Positions 46,268 through 56,124 of a stretch of 64,000 nucleotides of DNA are shown piece by piece. The stretch is from Chitinophagaceae bacterium UBA1946. Lineage in GTDB: Bacteria > Bacteroidota > Bacteroidia > Chitinophagales > Chitinophagaceae. Numbering within the stretch: position 1 is the first letter of the stretch; each line of letters opens with the position of its first letter. The position numbers and the translations under genes were made by a program. The DNA is taken from positions 11,474 to 75,473 of the forward strand of contig DDEU01000078.1 in NCBI GenBank assembly GCA_002336815.1, read 5' to 3'. The notes under the pieces were generated by a model. The model made no database searches and had not been told where the DNA came from. It saw only the letters and a list, made by a program, of their open reading frames with translations.

Positions 46268-46609
46268 ATGAAAAACTTTTTTTTAATAGGTTTTCTTTTA
46301 GCAGGAATGACAGTTTTTTCACAAAATAAACTAACCGCATACCTAGAGCTTCGGGGTAGTGTAGATGCGCTGGGTAACATCGTTCTTGATAATGTTGTAC
46401 AACCAAAAAAAACAACGAAAGCCGACAGCCTGATAAACTATGCTTCTATTAAAAAGATCATTGCGTTGCGTGAGCCCGTCAGCGTTATGGAAGCTTTGTC
46501 GGAAGCGGGCTGGATGCTCGTTGCAGTAACACAGGTTTCCAGCGACAAAGAGGGCCGCCCCAACAGTCCATTTATGTTATACTACTTCAAAAAAGAAATT
46601 GACCTCTAA
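46268..46609 (+). CDS. Hypothetical exported protein
   Basis: Signal peptide; M.AL...GW.LV...YYFKKE. Confidence 0.75.
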   Translation: MKNFFLIGFLLAGMTVFSQNKLTAYLELRGSVDALGNIVLDNVVQPKKTTKADSLINYASIKKIIALREPVSVMEALSEAGWMLVAVTQVSSDKEGRPNSPFMLYYFKKEIDL

Positions 46610-46613
46610 GCCA

Positions 46614-46679
46614 ATCAACATTCAAAACTCAAAACTCAGAATTCAAAATTCAAAACTTATAATTCAAAACTCATAATTC
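46614..46679. repeat. Heptamer tandem array (TTCAAAA/CTCAAAA-like, about 9 units)
   Basis: atcaaca-ttcaaaa-ctcaaaa-ctcagaa-ttcaaaa-ttcaaaa-cttataa-ttcaaaa-ctcataa. Confidence 0.85.
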
Positions 46680-46818
46680 CGTACGTATTTCCCCTAAGCC
46701 ACAATCGTACAATTCCGTTAATTTTTGGTTTAATATTTGCTGGTATGAAGGCACTTTGAAAAACCATCGCCCGTAAGGAGCAACGCTCTTTACCGGTGAT
46801 ACAAATCCAATTCATATC

Positions 46819-47625
46819 ATGCCGGGATCTTTACTTTCATTGATCGCTGCTATGCTTATATGCTGCAGCGCCAACAGCCAGTCTTTAAAAGCTGTTTCCG
46901 TTAATCTTTTTGGGTACATTACAGAAAATAATAACGAACGGTCATTGCGTGACGGTGTCGCCGTTATTTTCAATGGTCAAAGCGATGCAGTCGATCTTTC
47001 CGATGCAAAGAAATTGTCGAACCCTGCCGAAAATATTGCAATTCTCCGGCAGCAGGTGTTGCTGGCTGCAGAGCAGCGTACTACTTACGATACCATTCCC
47101 ATTACCCTGTGGAATCTTCAGCAGCGGGCATATGAACTGGAGATCTTCACCAAAAATATTGACACACTATACCTGGAAGATGTGAAGACACATGCCAAAA
47201 CGGTATTGCACACTGCCACAGACACCATCAAGTATAGTTTTACCAGCCTGCAGGCAAATACAGCAAAGGATTCAGTAATTTCTTTTTGGTTGATATTTGA
47301 CACGGTTGCTGCAGTAACACCGCCAGCACCACATCATTGCGGACAGGGACAGCATCATCCCCGCAAAAGAGCACATCATCACCAGCTCAACGTATTTCCT
47401 AACCCATCAACCGGCGGATATATCCATCTTGAAATGCAGGAAATGGCTGCAGGAACCTGTAAAGTAAGTTTCTTTGGACTTGGCCACATTTCGTCATACA
47501 GTTTTAAACATGGCGATTCCTGTAATGAAAGAATCAATACTGCTAACCTGCCGAAAGGAAAATACTATTTCATTATAGAAGATGAGGAAGGCTGGAAAGA
47601 AGCCAGGCAAATAGAAATTTATTGA
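46819..47625 (+). CDS. Small T9SS type A CTD protein with His-rich linker
   Basis: Signal peptide; DG....F......VD..DA.K..N..EN..I domain; HHCGQGQHHPRKRAHHHQ; CTD VFPNPS...LPKGKYYF. Confidence 0.8.
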   Translation: MPGSLLSLIAAMLICCSANSQSLKAVSVNLFGYITENNNERSLRDGVAVIFNGQSDAVDLSDAKKLSNPAENIAILRQQVLLAAEQRTTYDTIPITLWNLQQRAYELEIFTKNIDTLYLEDVKTHAKTVLHTATDTIKYSFTSLQANTAKDSVISFWLIFDTVAAVTPPAPHHCGQGQHHPRKRAHHHQLNVFPNPSTGGYIHLEMQEMAAGTCKVSFFGLGHISSYSFKHGDSCNERINTANLPKGKYYFIIEDEEGWKEARQIEIY

Positions 47626-47663
47626 TAGGATATTGGCGCCTGTTCACCGGTGCTAAGCAATAA

Positions 47664-47698
47664 AAAAAGCAGCAGGCGATTGGCACCTGCTGCTTTTT
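47664..47698. terminator. Bidirectional intrinsic terminator
   Basis: aaaaagcagcagg / cctgctgcttttt between convergent genes. Confidence 0.8.
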
Positions 47699-47715
47699 AA
47701 TACCTGCATTACTAT

Positions 47716-47964
47716 TTACCGGTCTATTGAGCCCAGCACTTTTTTCATAAAAGTATTGGCCGCATCTTTCTCGGGTATACCATCGGTGATCATCTGGTGA
47801 ACTTCCAGTGCGCCGCACATATTAGAGATCAACTCACCGATCACATCTACTTCTTCACTTTTTAATGAGGCAGCCTCTGAAGTATGTTCCAGCACTTTGA
47901 TGGCAGTTTCTATTTCTTCAACAGTACAGGTTCGCTGTATCTGCCTAATTACGGGTAGCTTCAT
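47716..47964 (-). CDS. Small conserved Bacteroidota protein (DUF6952-like)
   Basis: MKLPVI...E.LE......K.EE.DVIGELISN..GA.EV; overlaps the thioredoxin gene. Confidence 0.75.
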   Translation of the reverse strand: MKLPVIRQIQRTCTVEEIETAIKVLEHTSEAASLKSEEVDVIGELISNMCGALEVHQMITDGIPEKDAANTFMKKVLGSIDR

Positions 47965-48256
47965 CGATCAATGCTTTTAAAAGTTCTTCTTTATTGGTTT
48001 GCACCTGCGCCAACAGCACGCCATTCTTAAAACTTGCAAAAGTAGGCAGGTTGTTTACGCTGGCCAGTTTGCGGGAGTCGGGAAATTTTTCTGCGTCTAC
48101 CAGCACAAATGTTGCTGAGTCCTGCTCACCTGCCAGTCTTTTGAATTTTGGTTTCATCAGGCGGCAATTGCCGCACCAGCCGGCAGAGAATTGTACCACT
48201 ACTGTTTCATGCTGTGCTACGATCTCCGCTAAATTATCTGCTGCTAATTCTATCAT
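47945..48256 (-). CDS. Thioredoxin family protein
   Basis: WCGNC active site, LPTF cis-Pro loop. Confidence 0.92.
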   Translation of the reverse strand: MIELAADNLAEIVAQHETVVVQFSAGWCGNCRLMKPKFKRLAGEQDSATFVLVDAEKFPDSRKLASVNNLPTFASFKNGVLLAQVQTNKEELLKALIDEATRN

Positions 48257-48267
48257 TAATCATCGGT

Positions 48268-48900
48268 TTAGTTGGTTGAAAAATATTCGGCCACGCCTTC
48301 TGTAGTTGCTTTCATCGCAGCTTTTCCTTCTTCCCAGTTAGCCGGACAAACTTCTCCATGTTTTTCTACATGAAGCTGTGCATCGATCAGCCTGATGTAT
48401 TCATCAATATTTCTTCCCAAAGGAAAATCGTTGATCGATTCGTGACGTACGATACCGGTTTTGTCAATGATGAAAGTGCCACGGTATGCAATGGGAGCGC
48501 CTGCAAAAGACCAGGTCTTTGTATCACTGTTAAAACTGTATTCACCACCCAGTACTCCATAATTCATGGATATCACTTTAGCAGTATCGGCCACGATGGG
48601 GAAGGTAACGCCTTCGATTCCGCCATTGTCTTTTGGAGTGGTAAGCCACGCCAGGTGAGTTTCCTCTGTGTCGGTTGAACATCCCACCACCACGGTTTCT
48701 CTTTTCTCAAATTCGGCCAGCTTTTCCTGGAAAGCATGTATCTCCGTTGGACATACAAAAGTGAAATCTTTTGGGTAAAAAAAGAATACTACATTCTTTT
48801 TACCAACGTACTGATCCAGGCTGAATTGCTCCGCTATCTCTTCGCCATTAATTACTGCACCTGCTGTAAAATGTGGTGCTTTTTTTCCTACGAGTGACAT
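48268..48900 (-). CDS. ahpC: 2-Cys peroxiredoxin (AhpC/Prx1)
   Basis: FYPKDFTFVCPTE, GRN, EVCPANW. Confidence 0.95.
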   Translation of the reverse strand: MSLVGKKAPHFTAGAVINGEEIAEQFSLDQYVGKKNVVFFFYPKDFTFVCPTEIHAFQEKLAEFEKRETVVVGCSTDTEETHLAWLTTPKDNGGIEGVTFPIVADTAKVISMNYGVLGGEYSFNSDTKTWSFAGAPIAYRGTFIIDKTGIVRHESINDFPLGRNIDEYIRLIDAQLHVEKHGEVCPANWEEGKAAMKATTEGVAEYFSTN

Positions 48901-49101
48901 ATATGTTGTTTTAGTTAATTACACGATTCCCTGCTTAAAACAATCATTGAAACAAATTGTTCAAAGCCGCAAATGACAGCGAAAAAGTTTTGTTGAAATG
49001 TTGAAAGGAAACCCTGACGGGCTCCTGCCTTTGAGGCCACAAAGAAAGCGAATTTTGTCTATATGAAAAAGTATAAGTAGCAGGCCACCATCAATTGGCA
49101 T

Positions 49102-49137
49102 AAAATACAACGCAGGGATGTGAATCCCTGCGCTGTA
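49102..49137 (-). terminator. Intrinsic terminator of the DUF4142/PRC-barrel genes
   Basis: tacagcgcagggat / atccctgcgttgta stem followed by TTTT on the minus strand. Confidence 0.8.
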
Positions 49138-49160
49138 GTAGTTTGTTGAAAAGATCAGGA

Positions 49161-49547
49161 TCAAACGAAATGCCAGTACGTTTCTTCTTTATGAAAATTC
49201 GTATCCGGCCAATGGTTGAGATCAAAGCCTGGTGCAGATTCCAACATTTTCCGGGTGCCCGTAAAAACAAATAGCTTCCTTTCTGCATCTACTTTGAACA
49301 TGTTGTAGGGAAGGGCAAAAAATTTGGTGCCGATACCGAGAAAGCCGCCCAGTTCAACCACCAGGTAATCGATCTTGCCGGAATTAACGTCGAGCATAAT
49401 GTCTTCCACTTTTCCCATTGAAGCATCTTCAATGTCGTGCACTTTATCACCAATGATAGAAGTTGCAGTAAGATGCCGCAGGGGCAGGTTTGGATACAGA
49501 TCATCCCGGTTGATACCGGTGAAATTGTCTTCTTTAATCGTTTCCAT
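49161..49547 (-). CDS. PRC-barrel domain protein
   Basis: LTATSIIGDKV...GKVEDIMLD...G.I.YLVV..GGFLGIG.K.FALP...APGFD..HWP. Confidence 0.92.
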   Translation of the reverse strand: METIKEDNFTGINRDDLYPNLPLRHLTATSIIGDKVHDIEDASMGKVEDIMLDVNSGKIDYLVVELGGFLGIGTKFFALPYNMFKVDAERKLFVFTGTRKMLESAPGFDLNHWPDTNFHKEETYWHFV

Positions 49548-49602
49548 TTTATTTTAATTAAGTGTTTTGCAAATAGGGTTAGTGATCACTATTATATTGT
49601 CG

Positions 49603-50205
49603 TTACATTTTTTCGCAGTTCTTCTGGCAGGTTGTCGCATGATCAAGATGTGCTCTGAGGCCAGGTAACATTGAAGCAGCCCAGGCTTTGATGTCCGGAT
49701 CGGTTGCGTCAGTTGAAGCTTTTTCGAATTTTTCTATGGCTGACTTATGACCGTCCACCATCATGTCACAATATGCTTTGTCAAAGTCCTTTCCTTTTTT
49801 TTCTGATAATTTTTTGTACGCATCTTTTACGTCATCGGTTGTTGAAGCCGGCAATGAAATGTTCTTTTTTGCTGCCAATGCTTTTTCATCTGCCAATGCT
49901 TTGGTATGGTCAGATTCAAGCATTTTACCCATGTCTTTTACTTCTTTCATCATTCCGTTCTTTTGTGCCAATTGTCCCAATTCGATCTCTTCCTGGTTGA
50001 TGCCGGCTGCTGCTACCAAAAAGTCAGCATCCCATTTTGCTTTGCCGCTGCTGTCGAACTTTACGTCGTTCTTGTCTTCTGCTACTTCTTTAGTGTCTTC
50101 CTTTTTTGGTTCTTCCGTTTTAGAATCTCCGCAGGATGAGAACAATAGGGTTGCTGTTGCAATCGATGAGGCTATCAAAGCGCCCCTGAATAACTTGTTT
50201 GTCAT
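49603..50205 (-). CDS. DUF4142 (ferritin-like) lipoprotein
   Basis: Lipobox FSSC; D.DFL..AA.....EI.LG.LA...DH...FDKAY..MMV.GH...HL. Confidence 0.9.
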   Translation of the reverse strand: MTNKLFRGALIASSIATATLLFSSCGDSKTEEPKKEDTKEVAEDKNDVKFDSSGKAKWDADFLVAAAGINQEEIELGQLAQKNGMMKEVKDMGKMLESDHTKALADEKALAAKKNISLPASTTDDVKDAYKKLSEKKGKDFDKAYCDMMVDGHKSAIEKFEKASTDATDPDIKAWAASMLPGLRAHLDHATTCQKNCEKM

Positions 50206-50459
50206 TTTGATTTCTTTTAGATGAATGTTGATGTTTTTTGGAAATACCCAATGTTGCAGGTGGAAAATTTCCTGCCAACATTCATCCCGTATTAACAGTG
50301 CTGTTGTTGGGGAAAAAAGGTAGTAACTGGGGTGGATTCTCCCTGTGGCGGGAGCATACCCAGGTTGGCAATATTAAAATAGTGATGGTCTTCGTATATA
50401 GGAAAGTATCGCCAGCATGTAAACAATGCCTGCTGTAGTGTTGTATGATCTGAAAAGTT

Positions 50460-53400
50460 TTATTGTGCTTTCACCAGCGTGGCTGACGGCAACGGCATTA
50501 CAACTGTAAGACTGCATCCGTTACCGGGAGCGGAGTCTATCTTTACCCTTCCGCCAAACAATTCTGCCCTGCGTTTCATGTTGGCAAAGCCGATACCGCA
50601 TTTGGTACCATTCTTATTAAATCCAATGCCATCATCTGAGATCTGCATCACCAGTTCCTGCTGCTCATTCAGCAGGAGATCGATGGAAATGTATTCTGCA
50701 TTAGAATATTTTACAATATTCCTTAACTGTTCCTGCAATATCCTGTAAAGATTCAGTTGCACTTCACGGCTAATGCACACATCTTTTACTGATTTGTAAA
50801 AGTAGAGGGAAATATTAAACCTGTTGCCTACATTAAAACTGGCCGTTAATAAATTGAATGCTTCTTCCAGGGTCATTTCGTCAAAGAAGGCTGGTGCCAG
50901 CCGGTGAGACAAGTTGCGGATCTCATCCAGCGCCTGTTTGATGTGCTGTTTTCCCTGTTCGTAAAATGGCTGTGATGCTTGCGGCAATGAGTTTTTTAGC
51001 ATGGAAATATTCAGTTGACTGGTGGCCAGTAACTGGCAGATATTATCATGCAACTCTCCACCGATCTCGTAGCGTTCATCTTCCTGTGTTTTGATGATGG
51101 CCTTGGTAAGTTTATTATCAAACAACAATTTTTCGGTGATATCAATGGCAATGATCAGCATATACTCTTTATTGTTGATCGTTATCATATTGCTGTAGAT
51201 CTCCATTTCCATTGCTTCACCGCTTTTTTTCAAATGCCTGAAGCGCCCCGAAAAAATGCGTTCCCGGTGTTCCCTGAAATCGGCTATCGACTTCATCAAC
51301 TTCATGCGGTCTTCTTCCGGCCTGATGTCCATGATGTTCATGCTCAAAAATTCTGCTTCACTATAGCCATAATGCTGAACGGCTGCTTTGTTTACCTGGA
51401 AGAATTGCAGTGTATCGATGTCGAACACATACATCGGTTGCGGACTGGCGTGAAACATGCTGCTGTAGCGCTTTTCGGAGGCTTCCAGTTCCCGGTTGAC
51501 CATCTTGATATCTGAATGAGCGATCTCTGCTTCCTGCCTTGCTTTTCTTTCCTGCTCAGATGATTGCAGTAACTGGAAAGTTTTTTCATCTACCTGCTGT
51601 TCCAGTTTAGCTTTCTGCGCCTGGATAGATTTGATCCTTGATACATATAATGTGATACTTCCTCCTGCAACCGTAGCCAGTACCGCCAGCTTGAACCACC
51701 AGGTTAACCAAAACGGAGGTTCTATGATGATGGTTATAGATGAAATGCTGGTAGAGCCACGGCCTTCATTGTTTAGCCCACGTACCTTAAAGACGTAGGT
51801 GCCTGGATCGAGATGTGTGTAAGTGGCAGTTCTCGTATTGCCTGCCTGGCTCCATTCTTTGTCGAAACCTACCAGCATGTAGGCATACTTTTTTTTCTCG
51901 TTGTCTGTATAGTTCAGCGTAGCAAATTCAAAAGAAAAAACGGAACTCGACCAGGGAAGCGTGATGCTCTTTGTTTCCGTAATACTTTGTTTTAGTGGCG
52001 ATGCTTGCTCTTCGTTTAATTGAATGGGTACCTGTTTGTTGAAGATGGTGAAATTGGTGATCACGAGCGGTGGTTCAAATGCGATTTTTTTGATGCTGTC
52101 CGGCATAAACTGGTTAAAACCATTGATGCCGCCAAAGTACATCATACCGGAGGCAGTTTTGCAAAAAGCGAGCTGCTTGAATTCGCTGGATTGCAGCCCG
52201 TCTGTAACGCCGTAGTTTCTAAAACTGGTAGTGCCCCTGTTAAAACAGGAGAGGCCACGGTTGGTACTGATCCAGAGATTTTTTTTGTGGTCTTCCAGGA
52301 TGCCGAATACATAATCCCCGGCCAGCCCCTGTGCTGTAGTATAAGATTTAAAATTGCTTTTTTGTTTATTGTAGCAGTTCAGCCCGTTCATGGTTGCTAC
52401 CCATAAATTATGATCGCTGTCTTCGCAGATCGAATTGATATTGTCATTGCTGATACTGTTGCGGTTATTTTCATCATGTTGAAAATGAATGAAGGTCATG
52501 GAGTTTTTCTTTAACAGGTTCAACCCCTTACTTTCAGAACAGAACCATAGATCGCCATCACTGTCTTCAAATATATTTACAATATTATTGCCTGAAATGC
52601 TTGTGCTGTCTGTATCATCATGCCTGAAATGAGTAAAGGTCTTTCCGTCTGCATTCAGCAGGTCTACTCCACCACCATAAGTGCCGATCCAGATGCGCTG
52701 GCGGCTGTCCTGGAATATTTTCCATGCATTGTTATTGCAAAGACTGCCGGCATTGGCTGCATCATGTTTAAAGGTCTTCAATACTTTTCGTTGCGGATCC
52801 AATACGGTAATGCCATCGATCCAGGTGCCGATCCAGGTGTTGCCCCTGCTGTCTTCCATAATATTCAGCACGTTGTCGCCGCAGATACTGGCGGGGTTAT
52901 TGGGTTGGTGTTTTAACAGGGTGAAGTTGCCGGTTGCAGGATCAAAGATATTAAGGCCGCCTCCATCAGTTCCGATCCATATCTTATGGTGGCTATCTTC
53001 TGAAATGCTCAATACCTGGTTGTGACAAAGACTGTTGCTGCTCATCATTTTTTTGAAATGCGGGAACATCATTTTGTCTCGCATGGCCATGTCTACAAAT
53101 CCTGCAAAATTTCCCATCCACATATTTCCTTTGCGATCTTTGTAGATAGTGTACACAGAATTGTTGCTGATGCTTTCATGATCTATTTCATCGTGCTGGT
53201 AAGTGGTAAAGGTTGCATTATTTAAACTGAAAATAGATAGTCCGCCATTTTCAGTACCTACCCATAAGTTATTATCAATGTCTTCATTAATAGAAAGTAC
53301 TACGTCTTTGGGTATGGAATTGATATTGTTGTCATCGTGTTTAAAATGTTCAAAGCGGCCCGTTTTTTCATTGTACAACTCCAGTCCGCCGCCGTTGGTG

Positions 53401-54119
53401 CCCAGCCAGATGCGGTGCCTGCTGTCTTCAAACACAGCGTTTACGTTATTGCTGCTGAGAGAATGTTTATCTTTTTCGTTGTGTGAGAATCTTAAAATAT
53501 TATTGCCGGTTTGGTCATACACAACCATACCCCCGTCAACGGCATTTACCCAAATGCGCTGCCTGCTGTCGATGTAAATGCATTTAATGGCAGTTTGCCT
53601 GTTTGCTCCAATCGTGGTTTGGAGATGATCGAATTTTTTGCTGGCGGGATTGTACCTGTCAAGCCCTGCGCTTGTGCCGATCCAAACATTTCCTGCAGCA
53701 TCTTCCTTCACATCATTTACCGTATTGCCGGATAGGCTGTTGCTATTATTGGCCTGGTGACGGAAATTGTTGAACACTTCCTTTTTCCGGTCAAAATAAT
53801 TCAGTCCGTCATTGGTGGCCAGCCAGAGATCGCCGTTCTTACTTTCTGAAATGCGGTTTATGTAATTGTTGCTGATGGAGGATCGATTCTTTGGGTTGTT
53901 CTTATATACAGTGATCTGGTAGCCATCATACCGGTTCAGTCCATCCCAGGAACCAAACCACATGAAACCGCGGCTATCCTGGATGATGCTGAGAATATTA
54001 CTTTGAGAAAGGCCTTCATTTAAACCGATGTGTTCAAAAGTGATGCGGCTTCTTTGCGCATTGATAAGCAGGCTGCAACATTGCAGGATGCTTATTAAAA
54101 GCAGTTGACGGTTTCTCAT
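50460..54119 (-). CDS. Sensor histidine kinase: Reg_prop beta-propellers + Y_Y_Y + TM + PAS + HisKA_3/HATPase
   Basis: Repeated ED..GN.W.GT..GL units; Y.Y.L.GFD..W...Y..L.PG.Y.F.V; PAS (VNKAA..HYGYS..EFL); ER..I..ELHDN; QE.L.N..K, DDGIGF, G.G..N. Confidence 0.93.
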   Translation of the reverse strand: MRNRQLLLISILQCCSLLINAQRSRITFEHIGLNEGLSQSNILSIIQDSRGFMWFGSWDGLNRYDGYQITVYKNNPKNRSSISNNYINRISESKNGDLWLATNDGLNYFDRKKEVFNNFRHQANNSNSLSGNTVNDVKEDAAGNVWIGTSAGLDRYNPASKKFDHLQTTIGANRQTAIKCIYIDSRQRIWVNAVDGGMVVYDQTGNNILRFSHNEKDKHSLSSNNVNAVFEDSRHRIWLGTNGGGLELYNEKTGRFEHFKHDDNNINSIPKDVVLSINEDIDNNLWVGTENGGLSIFSLNNATFTTYQHDEIDHESISNNSVYTIYKDRKGNMWMGNFAGFVDMAMRDKMMFPHFKKMMSSNSLCHNQVLSISEDSHHKIWIGTDGGGLNIFDPATGNFTLLKHQPNNPASICGDNVLNIMEDSRGNTWIGTWIDGITVLDPQRKVLKTFKHDAANAGSLCNNNAWKIFQDSRQRIWIGTYGGGVDLLNADGKTFTHFRHDDTDSTSISGNNIVNIFEDSDGDLWFCSESKGLNLLKKNSMTFIHFQHDENNRNSISNDNINSICEDSDHNLWVATMNGLNCYNKQKSNFKSYTTAQGLAGDYVFGILEDHKKNLWISTNRGLSCFNRGTTSFRNYGVTDGLQSSEFKQLAFCKTASGMMYFGGINGFNQFMPDSIKKIAFEPPLVITNFTIFNKQVPIQLNEEQASPLKQSITETKSITLPWSSSVFSFEFATLNYTDNEKKKYAYMLVGFDKEWSQAGNTRTATYTHLDPGTYVFKVRGLNNEGRGSTSISSITIIIEPPFWLTWWFKLAVLATVAGGSITLYVSRIKSIQAQKAKLEQQVDEKTFQLLQSSEQERKARQEAEIAHSDIKMVNRELEASEKRYSSMFHASPQPMYVFDIDTLQFFQVNKAAVQHYGYSEAEFLSMNIMDIRPEEDRMKLMKSIADFREHRERIFSGRFRHLKKSGEAMEMEIYSNMITINNKEYMLIIAIDITEKLLFDNKLTKAIIKTQEDERYEIGGELHDNICQLLATSQLNISMLKNSLPQASQPFYEQGKQHIKQALDEIRNLSHRLAPAFFDEMTLEEAFNLLTASFNVGNRFNISLYFYKSVKDVCISREVQLNLYRILQEQLRNIVKYSNAEYISIDLLLNEQQELVMQISDDGIGFNKNGTKCGIGFANMKRRAELFGGRVKIDSAPGNGCSLTVVMPLPSATLVKAQ

Positions 54120-54472
54120 ATCAAATACTTGGTTTTAAGGTATATCGATCAAACAAATGATTTTCTCCAGGGTATTTAGAAGTGGTAAAGTTCACTTTAA
54201 GGAAACTTTTGCTGTATAGCATAACGGACTTGTATTTTGTAGAAATTGTACTACAATCCGTGCCAGAATTGGCCAGCACAGTATGTCTCATACAGTTCAG
54301 CTATAAGGGGTGGATTGGAAGTGGGTGTTTAACAGTCAGGCATAATGTATTACGGTTTCGGTAAGGTTTTATTCCTGTTCGGGGATATTGTTTTTTTTTT
54401 GCTATACCTGCAATTGTAAGTTTGCGATATAGACATCACACACGCACTAATAAACTTTATAAACCAGCGGTT

Positions 54473-54550
54473 ATGAAAAATGACAGATTCATATTTTTCT
54501 GGATTTCCCTTGCCATTTGCATCATAGTAGGATTGCTTACTTCGAAATAA
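54473..54550 (+). CDS. Putative 25-aa membrane micropeptide
   Basis: MKNDRFIFFWISLAICIIVGLLTSK*; TAAGTTTG -7 box at 54417-54424 upstream. Confidence 0.35.
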   Translation: MKNDRFIFFWISLAICIIVGLLTSK

Positions 54551-54732
54551 GCAGCGACAGACAGTTGTGGGGCTAACAAAGAAAATATCAAAGTCGCATT
54601 GATCGCCGTATTGAGCCGTCAGGATATAACGATCAATGGTAATCACACTGTAAAGTATTTTATTCAACCCGGTGTGGTAGATTAGTCGCTAATGACAAAT
54701 CCAGTAGTGACTAAAGATTGAATCAGCTTCAA

Positions 54733-56088
54733 TTAAAATGGAATAAAGGGCTTTCCTCCTGCGATCACTTCCTGTGCAGCATCATCAAAAGTTATCTTTT
54801 GCCCGGTGATCACCGCAGCATTGGTCATGATAGTAGCAATTGAATGATCGTATCCTGCCTGCACCGGCGCATTTGGTTGAGTGCGGCTCCTCACACACTC
54901 CATCCAGTTGCGGATATGGTTCGACGTGAGTATGTCACCGCCGGTATTGGCGGAAGCCACCACTTTTTCTGCAGATGACAATGTCATCTCCGGTAGTAAG
55001 AATGGCTCCATGTTCATGGCACCGGCGAATTGCCTGTTTAAACCACCTTTAGGAGAAATCTTATTCGTATTCAAATTCAGTTCACCGCCGTTGGAGTAAT
55101 AGATCTCTGCCGGGTTCTCATCACCGTTGTGCATACGGGATGTAAAACTTACCTGGAAGCCCGAACCATTGTCGTTCAGCGGGCCATAGTCAAAAACTGC
55201 CGTTGTGGTATCCCAGTTTTTCCTTCCGTCTTTCCAAACATATACGCCACCGTTAGCCACTACGCTGCGGGGATGCTGCAAGCCGGTAAACCAATGCACC
55301 GTATCGATCTGGTGACTCATCCATTGCCCGGGCATGCCAGAGGAATAAGGCCAGAAAAGGCGAAACTCAATGTATTTTCTTGCATCAAAATCAGCGGTGG
55401 GCCGGTTCATGACAAACCTTGCCCAGTCAGTGTCTTTTTCTTTTAACTGGCTTACCAGCGCCGGTCTGCGCCAACGGCCGGGTTGATTTACATTCCAGGA
55501 TAATTCTACCATGGTAATGTTGCCAAATTTGCCAGACCTGATATAATCGTTGGCAGCCATGTAATTGGCGCCGCTTCTTCTTTGTGAACCTATTTGTACA
55601 ATGCGCCCGGAAGCATTCACGGCTTTTAATGCAGCACGATTGTCGGCCATTGTTTCAGCAAAAGGCTTTTCCACATACGCATCACAGCCTGCATTAACCG
55701 CTTCAATGCAATGCAGCGCATGCTGAAAGTCGGCAGTGCCAATGAATACCGCATCCACCAGTTTATTGCTGTACATCTCTTCATTGTTGCGGCAGGCGGT
55801 GATATCATGCTGCATTTTTTCTTTCCAGGCGGCGGCGCCTTCTTCTCTTCTTTGCTTCCAGATATCTGATACCGCCACCACATCAAAATTCAATTCTTTG
55901 TAATGCTGCATAAAGCAGGGCAGGTGAGTAGCCTTGTGCCGGTCAGAGAATCCAACCACACCAACCCTTACCCGGTCGTTGGCTCCCAGGATGCGGTTAT
56001 AACTCTGGGCAGACCAGGAAAGTTTGGACAGCATAATACCGGCACCTGCAAAAGCAGCCTGCTTTACAAATTTTCTTCTTGAAGCCAT
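54733..56088 (-). CDS. Gfo/Idh/MocA oxidoreductase with Tat signal
   Basis: SRRKFVK, GANDRVRVGVVG, YVEKP, QIGSQRRS, WMSHQID. Confidence 0.92.
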   Translation of the reverse strand: MASRRKFVKQAAFAGAGIMLSKLSWSAQSYNRILGANDRVRVGVVGFSDRHKATHLPCFMQHYKELNFDVVAVSDIWKQRREEGAAAWKEKMQHDITACRNNEEMYSNKLVDAVFIGTADFQHALHCIEAVNAGCDAYVEKPFAETMADNRAALKAVNASGRIVQIGSQRRSGANYMAANDYIRSGKFGNITMVELSWNVNQPGRWRRPALVSQLKEKDTDWARFVMNRPTADFDARKYIEFRLFWPYSSGMPGQWMSHQIDTVHWFTGLQHPRSVVANGGVYVWKDGRKNWDTTTAVFDYGPLNDNGSGFQVSFTSRMHNGDENPAEIYYSNGGELNLNTNKISPKGGLNRQFAGAMNMEPFLLPEMTLSSAEKVVASANTGGDILTSNHIRNWMECVRSRTQPNAPVQAGYDHSIATIMTNAAVITGQKITFDDAAQEVIAGGKPFIPF

Positions 56089-56124
56089 TGTTGAAATTTT
56101 AATCTTGATAGAATGATGTGTTGA

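Noticed and set aside
48901-49100. OxyR operator upstream of ahpC
   Set aside because: Biologically plausible, but I could not find a convincing ATAG-N7-CTAT repeat pattern
54182-54667. ORFs 54182-54364 (+) and 54350-54667 (-)
   Set aside because: GTG/TTG starts, atypical composition, no recognisable domain
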